From contig CALSCO010001233.1 in the NCBI GenBank assembly GCA_943704415.1, forward strand, positions 1 to 64,000: a stretch of DNA of 64,000 nt, given 5' to 3'. A program made the position numbers and the translations under genes. The stretch comes from Parvularia atlantis (Eukaryota). Positions 1 through 15,299 of this stretch are shown piece by piece; positions within the stretch are counted from its first letter, which is position 1; each line of letters begins with the position of its first letter. Under the pieces are notes generated by a model, which saw nothing but the letters and a program-made list of their open reading frames with translations, ran no database searches and had not been told where the DNA came from.

Positions 1-1310
1 GACGGGCGGGGCGCGCGGCGGGGGCGGGGGCGGGCGAGCGGGATGATCGTGTGTGTTGCCCCGCCCCTGACAAAGTCGACAACAGATGATCGTCGATCGA
101 TGCGTTGACTCTCGATGCGGTTGTCGTGCCGCTCGCGCCGCCGGGACGCCGTTCGCGGACGATAGTGCGCGGCACTTTTTTCGTGAAGCAATCTCCGACG
201 AAACCCTCCGTGTTTAAAGTCGCCGATCGGCGTTCACCGGCTTTTTCTTGGGGTGCAGGCGCCGGTCGCCGATCGCGTCGCACAGAACGCACAGAGCGCG
301 TGGCGCGCGTACATAAGCGGGCGCGGGGCGCGGGGCCGCACCAATTTCTCCGATTTCTCCGCCATCTGCCATCCCTCGCTGCGTCATCCCGTTGGCAACC
401 GGCGCCTGGGCCCTCATCCCGTCCGGCGCGCTGTTTGCTCCGCGTCGCTCCCGCTCTCTCCACTCTCTGTGGCGCGCGTGCGCCGCGTCTCTCGCGCGCC
501 GCGTGCCGTTTGGTGCGGCGCAAAGGGAGCGGATCGGCCGCATTGCCCGCGCGGGTGACGCGTGGGAAAGGGAAGAGATCAGCTCAACCTCAACCTGTCA
601 GGCCCCTTGCCTTTTCCGCCTGTCGCACACTTTTCTTCCGCACGCCCCCCCTGTCAGCCGCCTCCCCCCCGCGCGCACGCGCGCGCGCGCGCCGCACACT
701 GCACACACCGTGCGCGCGCGCCGCACACCGCACACACCGCGCGGTGGTCGCTGCGCGTCACGGTGGTGCCCGCGCCGTCTGTTGTGGCGCGAAAAAAACA
801 GGCGCTGTGTTTCTTGTCTCTGGCCATCACCTCCCTCTGCCGCCCCCCTCCCCGCTCTCTCTTCCCCGCGCACCGCGCGCGCGTCCGCACGGCCGCCGCC
901 GCCGTCCCTCTGCCGCGCGCTGCGCCGGCGGCGCGGTGCCAGGCGCACCTGACGCGCGCTGCTTCAGCCGTGTTTCACACGCGACACTCGCCGCCTCCGC
1001 CGCGCCCCTCGCGCGCTGACGCCGCCGCGCCGTGGCCCGCCCGCTTCCCGCCGCGCCCCCCCTCTTTCTCTCTCTCTCTCTCTCTCCCTCTCGCCGCCGC
1101 GCAGCGCCACACCGCGCTCGCGTGGCCCCGCGGCGTGTGCTCGCTGCCCGCCGCTGCAGCGCCGATAAAAAGCCCTCCCTCTGTGACGCGCCCAGCCCGC
1201 TCGTCCAGTTCCGCTCACGCCGCACGCGCACCGCCTTCGCCAGCCGCACCCTCCGCCGCGCCCCGCCGCACACCACCCACACCTCGCCCCCCTGCCCACG
1301 ACCGAGCACG

Positions 1311-2141
1311 ATGGCCGCCGCCGCCGCAGCACCCCCACCCGCGACCTCCACCGCGTACCAGCCGCCCCCCGCCGTCGCGCGCAAGTACGGGCCGCAGTCG
1401 TTCAACAGTCAGCTGCTCGGTGCGCCCCGCCCCTGCCCGCACCGTTCGCTCACACACGCGCCGCAGACATTTGCGTCGAGCAGATGAACAAGGTGCTGCC
1501 GCTCCGGAGCCGGCCTCCCCAGAGCAAGGTGCCCGAGCTGGACGACTTCATCTACAGCGCCGTCCACCGGAGCCAGGCCACGGTCGTCATGGTCTTCGTC
1601 GCGCTCATCTACGCCGACCGCATGCGGCGAGCGCTGCCCACGCGCGCCATCGGCGGTGCGTGCTGTCATTGCCGCGTTCCCACGTGCTGACACCCGGCGC
1701 ACAGACCACGACACGCCCCACCGGCTCTTCTTCGTCGCGCTCATGCTCTCGAGCAAGTTCCTCAACGACCAGTCGTACACCAACCGCGCGTGGAGCAAGG
1801 TCAGCAGCTACCTGTTCCGCGTCGACGAGCTCAATGTGATGGAGGTGCGCCCCGCGGCGCGCCCCGCATTCCCTCCGCCGGCGCGGCTCACGCGGGTGCG
1901 CGCGCGTCCACGCAGAGGGACTTTCTCGAGCTCATCCGCTTCGACCTGTACGTCAACCAGACGACGTATCGCAGCTTCGTCATCGAGCGCGTTGGGTGCG
2001 CCGCCGCTCGCGCTCGCCCCGCGCCGCCCCGCGCACGCACCAACACGCGGCGCTCGCAGCGGCGACAAGAATCTGTGCGCCGAGTTTGCCGACGTCAGCG
2101 GGCCGTTCCTCTCGGCCTCGCTCCCGCCGCTGCACGCCTGA
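1311..2141 (+). CDS. Pho80/Pcl-type cyclin (multi-exon)
   Basis: Spliced translation gives cyclin-box text: LDDFIYSAVHRSQATVVMVFVALIYADRM...HRLFFVALMLSSKFLNDQSYTNRAWSKVS..LFRVDELNVMERDFLELIRFDLYV; four short GT-AG introns. Confidence 0.88.
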
Positions 2142-2296
2142 GCCGCCCACCGCGATCCTGTAGAACATAGCTACCGTACCTGTAACCGTTCCACCGCACG
2201 CCACTGCTGTGCGCGGCCGGTAAAAAAAAAAAAAAGCCTCTTTGTTCTGTTTGCTGTGAACGACGACGCGCGCACGGAGACAGCAATGAGACAGCA

Positions 2297-5200
2297 ATGA
2301 GAAGAGCGGGCGCGGTGAAGGACGGTGAACGTCACGCATGCGCCCGCAAACATGAGCTTAGACGGTTCCGTTCACACCGGCTGCTGACCCTGGAGCTCGA
2401 CGTCTCTGCCGCGCCGGCCGCGCCCGCCGCGGGGCCGTCGAGCCCGCTGCGGTGCGCCGCGTATGCGCTGCGTCGTGTGGCCGACGCGGTGCACGACGCG
2501 CAGGCTGCGCACGGCCCAGTCGTCGCCGAGCCTCATCCCTGTGCCGCAACGGCGCGCGGCGCACGCGTCGCCCTTCTACCGCTCGCCCGGCGCGCCGGGC
2601 ACGCCGACGACACCGACGACACCCGCTGCGCCGCCGTCGCCCACGCGGCCGACGCTGGCGATGAGCAGCAACAGCAGCGCCCTCGCGCGGCGCACGGCGT
2701 CGCCCTCGCGCCTGCCCCTTCCGACCGCGCGCCGCGCCGTGTCCGACCCGGCAGCGTCCGGCCCGCAGCAGCAGGAGGGCTGGGCGCAGTCCGCCCCGCC
2801 AAACGGCACCGTCTCGGCCGAGGCCGCGCTCTCGGCCCTGCGCGCCCTCCCGCGCTTCCGCTGCCGCTCGCTCATCCAGGGCCCGCCCGGCGACAGGGGC
2901 GTGCGCTGCATGATCCTCGTCAAGGGCACGATGTGGGGCGGCGCGCGCGACGGGCTGCACATCGTCGTGCAAAATGTCAAGGTGCGCACGCGCGTCCACA
3001 CACACGCTCGCTGCTCACATGACAAACGCACAGGACGGACGCGTCGTCAAGCGCATCCCGCACCCGGACGAGGGCAAGCCGCGCAAGGTCGCCACCGAGA
3101 AGCCCCGCCTCGACATCGTCTCGCTCCTGCTCAACGCTGACCAGACTGTCGTCTGGAGCGGGTCGTCCGACGGCGTCGTGCGCCTGTGGGACGCCGAGGT
3201 GTGCCGCCGCACGACAAGCAGAAACCGACTGCTCGACTGACGCGCGGCCGCAGACCCAGCAGCACCTCAAGTGGCTCAAAGCGCACACCGGCAGTGTCGA
3301 GCAGCTCGTGCTCAGTCCCGAGGGCAACGTATGGTCGGGTGCGTGCCCCTCTCTGCGCAAGCACCGCCGGCGCCAACCGCCGCCGCAGCGTCGATGGACT
3401 TTGCCGTCAAGCTCTGGCACGGGCGCTCGCACTACCTCATGCTCACGCTCATGGGCCACTCCAACTGGGTCCGCACCGTCGCCGTTGTGCCCGCGGCCGT
3501 GCGCGTCTGGAGCGGCAGCGACGATGGCTCGATCCGCATCTGGGACACCAAGAGCGGCGAGCAGACGGGCCTGATCGACGTCGGCGACGGCGTCCTGTCG
3601 ATGCTGCGTGTCAGCGAGCACGTCTGGGCGGGCACGCGGGCCAACACGATCCGCGTCTACCACGGCACGACCGGCCAGCTCGTGCAGACGCTCACGGGGC
3701 ACCGCGGCTGGGTCAACTGCCTCGCGCTCGTGGGCGAGCACGTCTGGTCGGGCTCGGCAGACCGCACACTGCGCGTCTGGAACCCGACGGTGTGTGCCGT
3801 GCGGTGCCGTACACGTCCCGCTGATGCGTGTCGTGCGCCAGACGCTCGAGCTGCTCCAGAGCATCGAGGACTTTCGCGGGTGGATGTACAGCATCGCCGC
3901 GGCGGAGAAGGTGCTCTGGGCCTCGTGCAGCGATCAAAAGATCCGCGTCTACGGCGTGTCCAACCCGGCGCAGCCCAAGCTCGTACGGCCGACGGGCGGG
4001 CGGGCGCGCTCTACTCGTGCTGACATGCGCCTCGTCCAGGCGCCGCCGACCCCGCCCACACCCGCGGCCGAGCTGGTGGCGCCTCCGGGGGCTATGGTTG
4101 AGGCGGGCGTGCAGACCGAGCACGGCCAGGCCGATGACGAGGTCGAGCGCCTGCTGGCCGTGCCTGACCTGGCCGCGGCCGCGAGCGACGAGGCGTACGA
4201 CGAGGTGCGCATGTGGTGTGCCGCGTGCCGCAGTGTGCTGACTCTTGCCGCGTGCAGACGGACGATGCGTACACGTCCGAGCTGATGGCCGAGCTCGTGC
4301 TCAAGGACCAGCAGCTGGCTGCGCTTCACACCCGCCTGGACGAGCGCAGCGCCGAGACCGAGCGCATCGCGCAGATCCTGCAGGAGGAGCAGGTGCCACG
4401 GCGTGCGCGCTGCAGCGGCGACAGCGCTAACGCGTGCGTGCGCGCGTGCGCCCGGCTCAGCGCAAGCTCGAGAAGGTCGAGGTGGACTTTGCGACGCTGT
4501 CGCACCAGGTCGTGCAGCTGGCCGAGGCGCGCGACGGGGCCCTCGCTCAGGCTGAGCGCATGATGGACAAGGTGGCCATCATGCAGTTTGACCGCAACAA
4601 CCTCCCGCAGCAGGCGACGCAGACGGACCGCGGGGCCGGTGCGGCGCGCGCGCGTGCAAGCCAGCCGCACGCGCACTGACGTCACGCACCAGACCCCATG
4701 GCGCGGCTGCACTTTGACCAGACGTCGGTCGTGGACATTGACGGCGCGACCAAGGCCGACCGCATGGTGCAGACGGACGCCAAGGGCGGCCTGCGCGACA
4801 GCGTGGTGCAGACGGAGCGCGCTGCAGGGGCCCTCAGCGACGGCGACGTGCAGACCGACGCGCCCGCGCCGCTGGGCCTGCTCGCGACACAGACGGATGC
4901 GCCGACCGCGCTCGCCGCCTCGTTTGTGCAGACCGAGCCGCTGCCGGCGCCGTCGGCCGCCTCGGCGACGCAGACGGACGCTGCGCCAGAGCTGCGCGGG
5001 AGCCTCGTTCAGACCGACGCCGGTGCGTGACTAGTGGGGCGACTGCCTGACGTGGGCGGCTCAACCTGGCGCGCAGGCGTCGACGCGGAGACCGCAACGC
5101 AGACGGACCTCACGGCCGAGGCGATCGCGACGCTGCTGGCTCCGCGCGCGCCGACACCACCGACCGCCGCCGAGCTCGAGTCGGCGCAGGAGGCGGACGA

Positions 5201-6666
5201 GGTCATGGCCGAGGTCGCGCACATCTCGAGCGATGCCGCGCAGCCCGAGCAGGCGTCGCTGCTGCTGCTCACGTGCACGATGTGCTACACCAAGGTGCCC
5301 TTTGACAGCCTCCCGGAGCACACGCGCACGTGCGCCATGCGTGACCAGGACGGCACCAACGCGCTCGCGCCGTCCGAGAGCCAGCGGCAGCTCGGGCGCG
5401 ACCTCGATCGGCGGCAGGAGGAGGTGTGTTGCGCGGTTTCGCGCGCGCATTCTGTGCTCGCTGACACGGCGGCTGCGCGCAGCTCGAGCGCAACAACGCG
5501 CTGCTCAGGCAGAGCATCGAAGAGATCGAGCAGCGGCTGGACGAGACGAGCGACGGTGCGGGGCGCCCGTCTCAACGCGCGAAGAGCACCGCTAACGGGC
5601 GCACGCACGCGCCAGCTCAAGTCAAGCAGCGCCTCATGGCGCACCTGCTCGCGCTCAAGGACAAGCTGATCGCCAACCTGGTGGCTCAGAAGGTCAACAC
5701 GATGGTGCGTGCGCGCGACCGCCGGCCCGCACACGCCCATGCTCACGCTGCTGCACCAGATGCGCGCCGCCGCGTTCAGCAACCAGGCCGGCATTGCGCG
5801 CCGCGAGGTCAACCGTCTCAACTCGGTCATCCACGCGCAGAAGCTGGAGGAGCAGTGCGTCGCGGGCCGAACGCCTGCAACCCCCCCCCCCCCCCCCCCC
5901 CCCCTCACCGCGGCTGCGCAGGTTCGAGAAGGAGGAGGACATCGCGCACGCCATGCTCGGCGCCGACCTGTCGTTCAACACGCTGCGCAACCAGCAGCGC
6001 AAGCACCCGATCAAGATGGCCGGGCTGCTGATCAAACGCAGTGCGTGCCTGCGCGCACGCGCGCGCACGCGTGTGCACGACTGGCCTCGTTGACTCGCCC
6101 GCAGGCGAGGTCTTCCGCGACTGGCGCTCGCGCTTTTTCGTGCTCGTGGACAAGTACCTGATGTACTACAGCAACAACGACGGGGTGTGTGCGCCCGTGT
6201 ATGGCCAGGCGCGGACTCTGACGCGTCGTCGTTGTGCCGTGAGCAGAAGCAGCAGCCCAAGGGCGTGTACGTGCTCAACAGCGTCAAGGTGCGCAAGATC
6301 ACCGAGAAGGAGAGCGCGGGCAAGGTGCGCTGTGCTTGCGCGCCAGCGTCGCGTGCTGACCGGGCGCCCGCAGCCCTACGCCTTCCGCATCTCGTGGCCC
6401 AAGCGCGAGTTTGACGTCGCTGGCCAGACCGAGGGCGAGCGCAACCGGTGGGTGGCCGCGGTCGAGAGCGCGAGCGCCTGGTGGAGCGTCACGTCGTACT
6501 CGGAGGACATGCATATGGCGGTGCGGGCCGGCCAGTGCGCGCGCGCGCGCGCGCTCGCGCCAGGTTGACGCCACCGTGCCGCTCGCAGGAGGCGCAGGCG
6601 GCGTTCACCGATTTTGATCCGGCCGTGGCCTTCGAGGGTGGCGACGACTACGGCGGCGACGATTGA
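2297..6666 (+). CDS. WD40-repeat / coiled-coil / (T,V)QT-repeat / zinc finger / C-terminal PH domain protein
   Basis: WD40 repeats (WSGSSDGVVRLWD, LMGHSNWVRTV...SGSDDGSIRIWD, LTGHRGWVNCL...SGSADRTLRVWN), coiled coil, CTMC-x11-H-x3-C finger, PH domain (KMAGLLIKRS..FRDWRSRFFVL...ERNRWVAAV). Start uncertain (ATG 2297 or 2661). Confidence 0.8.
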
Positions 6667-6726
6667 CGCACGCAGGCCTGCTATGTGCTGTACTACTCGA
6701 CACGATACCACGCGCGCCACCGTGCA

Positions 6727-8678
6727 TCACTTGGCCAGGCAGTGCTGCAGGAAGCCGAACACGTTCTCGGCCTGGAACAGCGCGCGCGCGATGTCCTCTG
6801 CCGACGCGGGCGCGCCTCAGCCGCGTCGCACGGCTCGCCGCACACACCTATGTAGTTGGCCAGCGAGATCTGGTCAATGTCCTTTGGCATCTGCGTGAAC
6901 ATCGCCGCGGCCGTCTTGGCGGGCTCGCGCACGGCGCCGAGCACCGACGGCTGCGAGACGCGGACACGGTCACGCCTTGTTCCCAGTGCATCAAGCGCAC
7001 TCGCACACCTTGGGCCGCGCGCCCGCGACGCAGTACTCGGTAAAGTCGATTGTGCCCGCGGCCTCGAGCTGCGCCCGTAGCGGCTCGTAGCGCGTCTCGA
7101 AAACGAGCCGGAGGAACCGCGGGACCTTGTCGGCCGCCATGACGCCCTCGGCGATCAGGCGCAGGTAGCTGCGCGCCGCGTACACAGCCTTGGCGCGCGC
7201 GTGAGGGGCGATCGCAGTGCGCGGCCCGCGCGCGCCCGGGCACGCACGTCGTCGACCGACTTGATGTACGGCTTGATGAAGTCGAGCGGGAGCTGCTGGA
7301 TGGCGTAGTACGTCAGGAGCTCGTTCGTGTCCGAGAACACGTTGACCGAGATGCTCAGGTCGAGCGCGGTCACGCGGTGGCTCCAGTACGGTGGGATGAA
7401 GAGCATGTCGCCCGGCTTGACGACGATCTGCTCGCGGCTGCGCGTGGGCATCGCAACCAGCGCACAGGGCGCGACGCGCACCTCGAAGCTCTCAACCTCT
7501 TTAAACAGCGGAAACCGGGCGCGGTCGACGGCCTCCCACGACACCTGTGACTGGCGGTCTGCGCGCAGCTGTCGTCAGCGGCCGCGGCGGCGCACCAAGG
7601 GGGGGACGCGCACGCACAGCTCGGGTGCAGGCGCGGGTACTGGTACAGCAAGGGCCACTGGCTCGGGGCGAACAGCGTGAAGCGCTTGGTCCCGTACAGC
7701 TGCACGTTGAAGTTCCAAAAGATGTCGTAGTGCGTGTGCGCGGTCGTGCCGTTGTAGCCAATCCACACGCTGGTCGAGTTGTGCACGCCCTCCTGCGTCG
7801 TTGCCGGCTTCGCATCGTGCACGCACGCTCAAAGCGAACGCAGCGCACCTGCGGCGACAGCCAGTCCAGGTGCGGCCCGACGTCGGCGCGCACGTCCTCG
7901 GGGAAGTCGTCCAGCGGGCCCGAGTAGTACAGGAACGACGTCTGCGGGTCGCCCTTGGCGGCGCTCTGCGCGCGCGCGACAAACTCGGCCGTGCCGACGT
8001 CGCGCTGTGCACCGGCGGCGGCAGTCAGCCCGGTGCGAGGCCGGCCATCACGCACGATCTTGTGCGACGCGCGCAGGTCCGCCGCCACGCCCGGCACCTT
8101 GCCCAGCGGCTTCTCCGGGTCGTAGAAGGTGAAGACGCGCTGGCGATGCTCATACGCCTGCTGCAGCCGCGGCACATGCGCCGCGAGGTACTCGGGCGTC
8201 CACTTGCCGAGGGCGGGCCACGTCGTGCCGACGGCGTTTTCGAGCACGAGCGGCATGCGCGACGCCGTGAACTGCGCGCGTGCGATCAGCGCTCTCGCGT
8301 CGGCTTTGGCTGCTGCCGACACGCACCTTGGCCGCGAACGGCTCGTCCGGCGTCCACCTGACGCGCGGGATCGGCTGCGGCGGCAGCAGCGACGACGCGT
8401 CCCCGCCGCGCAGGAACGTGCTGCGCACCGCCGCCGTCATCAGCGACGCGCCCGCCACACGTCCGCCCGTGCCGCGCGCACAGCGTCGCGATGTCCCACA
8501 GCGCGTGCCGGTACATCGCGGCCAGCACGACGGCCATCGTCGCACCCACGAGCCTGGCGACAGCAGCAACCCGTCAGATCGGGCGAGCGGCGTGCGCACG
8601 GCGGGCGCGGGCGACGTGCCGCAAGTACAGCGCCGTCGCGACCGGCCCGCGACGAGGCGAAGCGGCAGCCGGCGGCAT
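6727..8678 (-). CDS. JmjC/cupin 2-oxoglutarate oxygenase (HSPBAP1/FIH-like)
   Basis: WPALGKWTPEYL, VWIG...THYD...NFNVQLYGTKRFTLFAP, VKPGDMLFIPPYWSHRV...SISVNVF; HxD...H iron triad intact; multi-exon; start approximate. Confidence 0.85.
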
Positions 8679-8916
8679 CGTAACCCAAACAGGCGACAGA
8701 CGTGGCCGCGTGTCATCGAACCGGCTGCAGGGCTTCGCTGCGCCTTGGGCGCACCGCGCACCGCGCGGAGCGCACGTACACGCACGCTCGACGCGAGACG
8801 GGGCGCACGCGCGTTTGCCCACCGGCACGGCGAGCCGCACCTGCCGGTTTCGGCAGTGAAACATGCGCCCCTGAGATCGGTTTCAAATCCCATTTTTCTC
8901 CGTTTGCTCCGCGCCG

Positions 8917-11544
8917 ATGAGCCACGCGGAGGGCGACGACGACGACTTTACGCTGTCGACCGAGGCCGCGGCGGCGCTCGCGGTGCTCGAGGCGCACGAC
9001 CGGCGGCGCAAGTCGCTCGGTGACGCGGCCGGCGACGCGGCCACGGCGCTGCACCGCGCCGCACACGACCGGATGCGCCATCTCCGCCTCAACCTCGCCG
9101 CGGCCACGCCCGACGGCAGCGGTACGCCCGCCGCCGCCTCGACCCCGCGCACGCCCGGCACGGCCAGCGGCGCGTCGCCCAGTGGCGAGCGGCAGTTTGC
9201 GCAGGACGCCGCCGCGCCCACGCCCGACGACGACGTGCGCCGTCCGCCTCGTGCGCCACATGCGCCACGTGCTGATGGTCGCGCCGCCCCGCGCGCCCGT
9301 CGCAGCGCCAGACGCACTTCTTCATCAACGCGAGCGCGTTCGTCGGCGGCTCGGTCGAGGACGTGGCGGCGGCGAGCGCGGCGGCGCTGCCCGGTGCGGC
9401 GCACGCACTGATCGTGATGCCCCTGATCACTCATCACGCATCACGCAGACGCGCCCGCCCGCACGCCGCTGCTCGACGGCGCGCTCTACGGCGACGCCGA
9501 CGCCGCCGCGGCCGCCGCGCCCGTCACCGGCGTGCACACGCGCCGGCGCAGCAGCAGCGAGGTCGTGCGGCCCAGCTGGAACGTCTTCGCCAGCGCCCGC
9601 GACCCGCGCGAGCACGATGGGCCCAGCAGCGCTCACCTCCCCGGGACACCCGCGGCCGGCGACAGCCCGCTCGACACGCCCGTGCTTGCGCCGCGCAAGC
9701 ACCGCAACCGCCTGCTCAACTCGACCGCGAGCGAGCACGGGCGGTCGCTCGGCGGCAACATGCTCCGCATGCTGCAGAACGCAAAGGCCCCCGCCGGCGT
9801 CGTGGTCGAGACACAAGCCGACGGTGAGCGCGTCGTGACCGTGGCCGACACGTTCGAGCGCCTCGTCGACGCCGTCAGCGGCGAGAACGAGCTGAGCGAG
9901 ACGTTCACCCACACCTTCCTCTGCTCCTACCGCCAGTTTGCCTCGGCCGACGAGCTCTTCGCCATGCTGCGCCAGCGCTACGTCGGGCACCGCAATTGCG
10001 CCACCAACACGGACGACGCGACCATGCGCGAGTGGTGCGTCGACCCTCGCAGGCGCGCGCGTGTCTTGACAGCCGCACTACTCTTGTGCAGGTGCCTCAT
10101 CAACATGACCAAGGTGCTCACGCTGCTCAAGACGTGGATCACCACCTTCCCGTTCGACTTCATGCGCAACAAGCCGCTGACGCAGGCCGTGCGCGCGTTT
10201 GCGCGTGACCCCGCGTGCGTGTTCGAGGTCGAGCACAAGGCCCTCGCGTGCGTTCGTGCTTGGTGCACGCACCAGCGCGTGCTCACCGGGACGGCCGCGC
10301 GCAGCTCGCTGCTCATTGGCGCGCTCGACATTGCCGCCGAGCCGCGCACGCCGCCGGCGTTCTTCGAGAATGTGTACAACCCGCCCGTGAAGGACAAGGT
10401 TCGTGCACCGCGTCCGCTGACGACGACGCTCAGCCGTGCACGCAGAACCTCGTCGCCGAGCTCGCGATGGTCGACGGCAAGGGCGTGGCGGACTTTGCGC
10501 CGGCCGAGATCGCCCAGCAGCTGTCGCTGGTCGAGAACGAGATGTTCCGGCGGTGCGTCGTCGTTGCGACGGCCGTCTTGTGCGTGCGCTTACCCAGACG
10601 CTGCAGCGTCAGCCTCGAGGAGCTCCTGTCGCGCGGGTGGCTGCTCAAGTCGCTGCGCAAGACCACGCCCAACGTCGTGCTCATCATTCACTGGTTCAAC
10701 AAGGTCCGTGCGCGCGGCCGCGACCCCGAGCCGGCGCTCACGCATCCGCAGATCTCGCACTGGGTCGCGACCGAGGTCTGCACCGCGCCCACGGTAAAGC
10801 AGCGCATCGCGATGATCGAGCGCTTCGTGGGCATCGCCCGCTGCGCCCGCGAGCTGTGCGTTTGTGCACCGCGCCCGCGCGCTCGTCACAGCGTGCTCAC
10901 GCGCTGCCGGCGCCGCAGCAACAACTTTAACACGGTGTTCGAGGTCGTGCTCGGGCTCAACATGTCGGCCGTGCACAAGCTCGCCAAGACGTGGGAGAAG
11001 GTGCGCACCGCCGCGTCGCATGTGTCTTGACGTGCGTGCGCTCGCGCCCAGGTGCCCGTCAAGGTCGCGAGGGAGTTTGCGGCGCTGAAAGACCTGGTCG
11101 CGGCCGAGCGCAACAGCCGCGCGTACCGCACCGTGCTCAAGGCGTGCAAGTCGGCGCTACCGTGCGTTGCCAGCTACGCGCGCACAGCAGGGGACACGCA
11201 GCTCATCGGCCGCGGCGCGCAGGTTCATGGGCATCTTCCTCAAGGACATCAGCATGGCGCACGAGCGCGAGAGCGTGTTTGGTGCGCGCCCTCGTGCGAC
11301 GTCACGCGCGTGGTGGCCGCTCCTCACCTGCGCGCTGCAATACGCAGACCACGACGGCAAGATCCGCTTCAGCAACTTCAGCGCCATCGGCACGGCGATC
11401 GCGACGATGCAGCGCTACCAGAAGAACGAGTTTGCCTTCAAGCCCAACCGCGTCATCCTCGCCTACCTCAAGCACAAGGCGCTCGCGCTCAACGAGCAGG
11501 AGCTGCACGACGCCGCCAGCAAGGCCGAGGCCGGCGACGCATGA
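8917..11544 (+). CDS. Ras guanine-nucleotide exchange factor (REM + CDC25 domains)
   Basis: TFLCSYRQFASADELF, VLTLLKTWI, EIAQQLSLVE, HWFNKISHWVATEV, NNFNTVFEVVLGL, PFMGIFLKDI. Confidence 0.9.
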
Positions 11545-11627
11545 CCCGGCGCGGCACCGCTCACATGCCTCAAGTGTTTTTGTTGTTGTGCGCGTGAGCA
11601 GACGACTTTACGCAACCACGCAACGGA

Positions 11628-15089
<3,462 letters not shown>

Positions 15090-15299
15090 CCCGGCTGACC
15101 CCTGTCTGTCCTTGCGGAATTGTCGACACTCGCTCGCCGCCACGCTGTCTGACGCCTGTCAAGATTCGAGCGAACACTCATCGGCCAATGGACCGGCGCT
15201 CCGACTCGTGCGCCGCGCCCCCTCCGCCTCTGCGCGCCTCCCTCACGCGACCGCACGCACAGTCACGGCTCGTCAGAGACGCCGCAGCTGCCCACGCCG

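Noticed and set aside
105..1310. Long Arg/Ala/Pro-rich ORFs (105-1019, 562-1839) upstream of the cyclin
   Set aside because: No domain or codon bias; typical GC-rich shadow ORFs. The region looks like promoter/5' UTR with a (CT)n tract.
5881..5904. 24-nt poly-C run, a potential G-quadruplex on the minus strand
   Set aside because: Intronic homopolymer of uncertain length, with no evidence of function.
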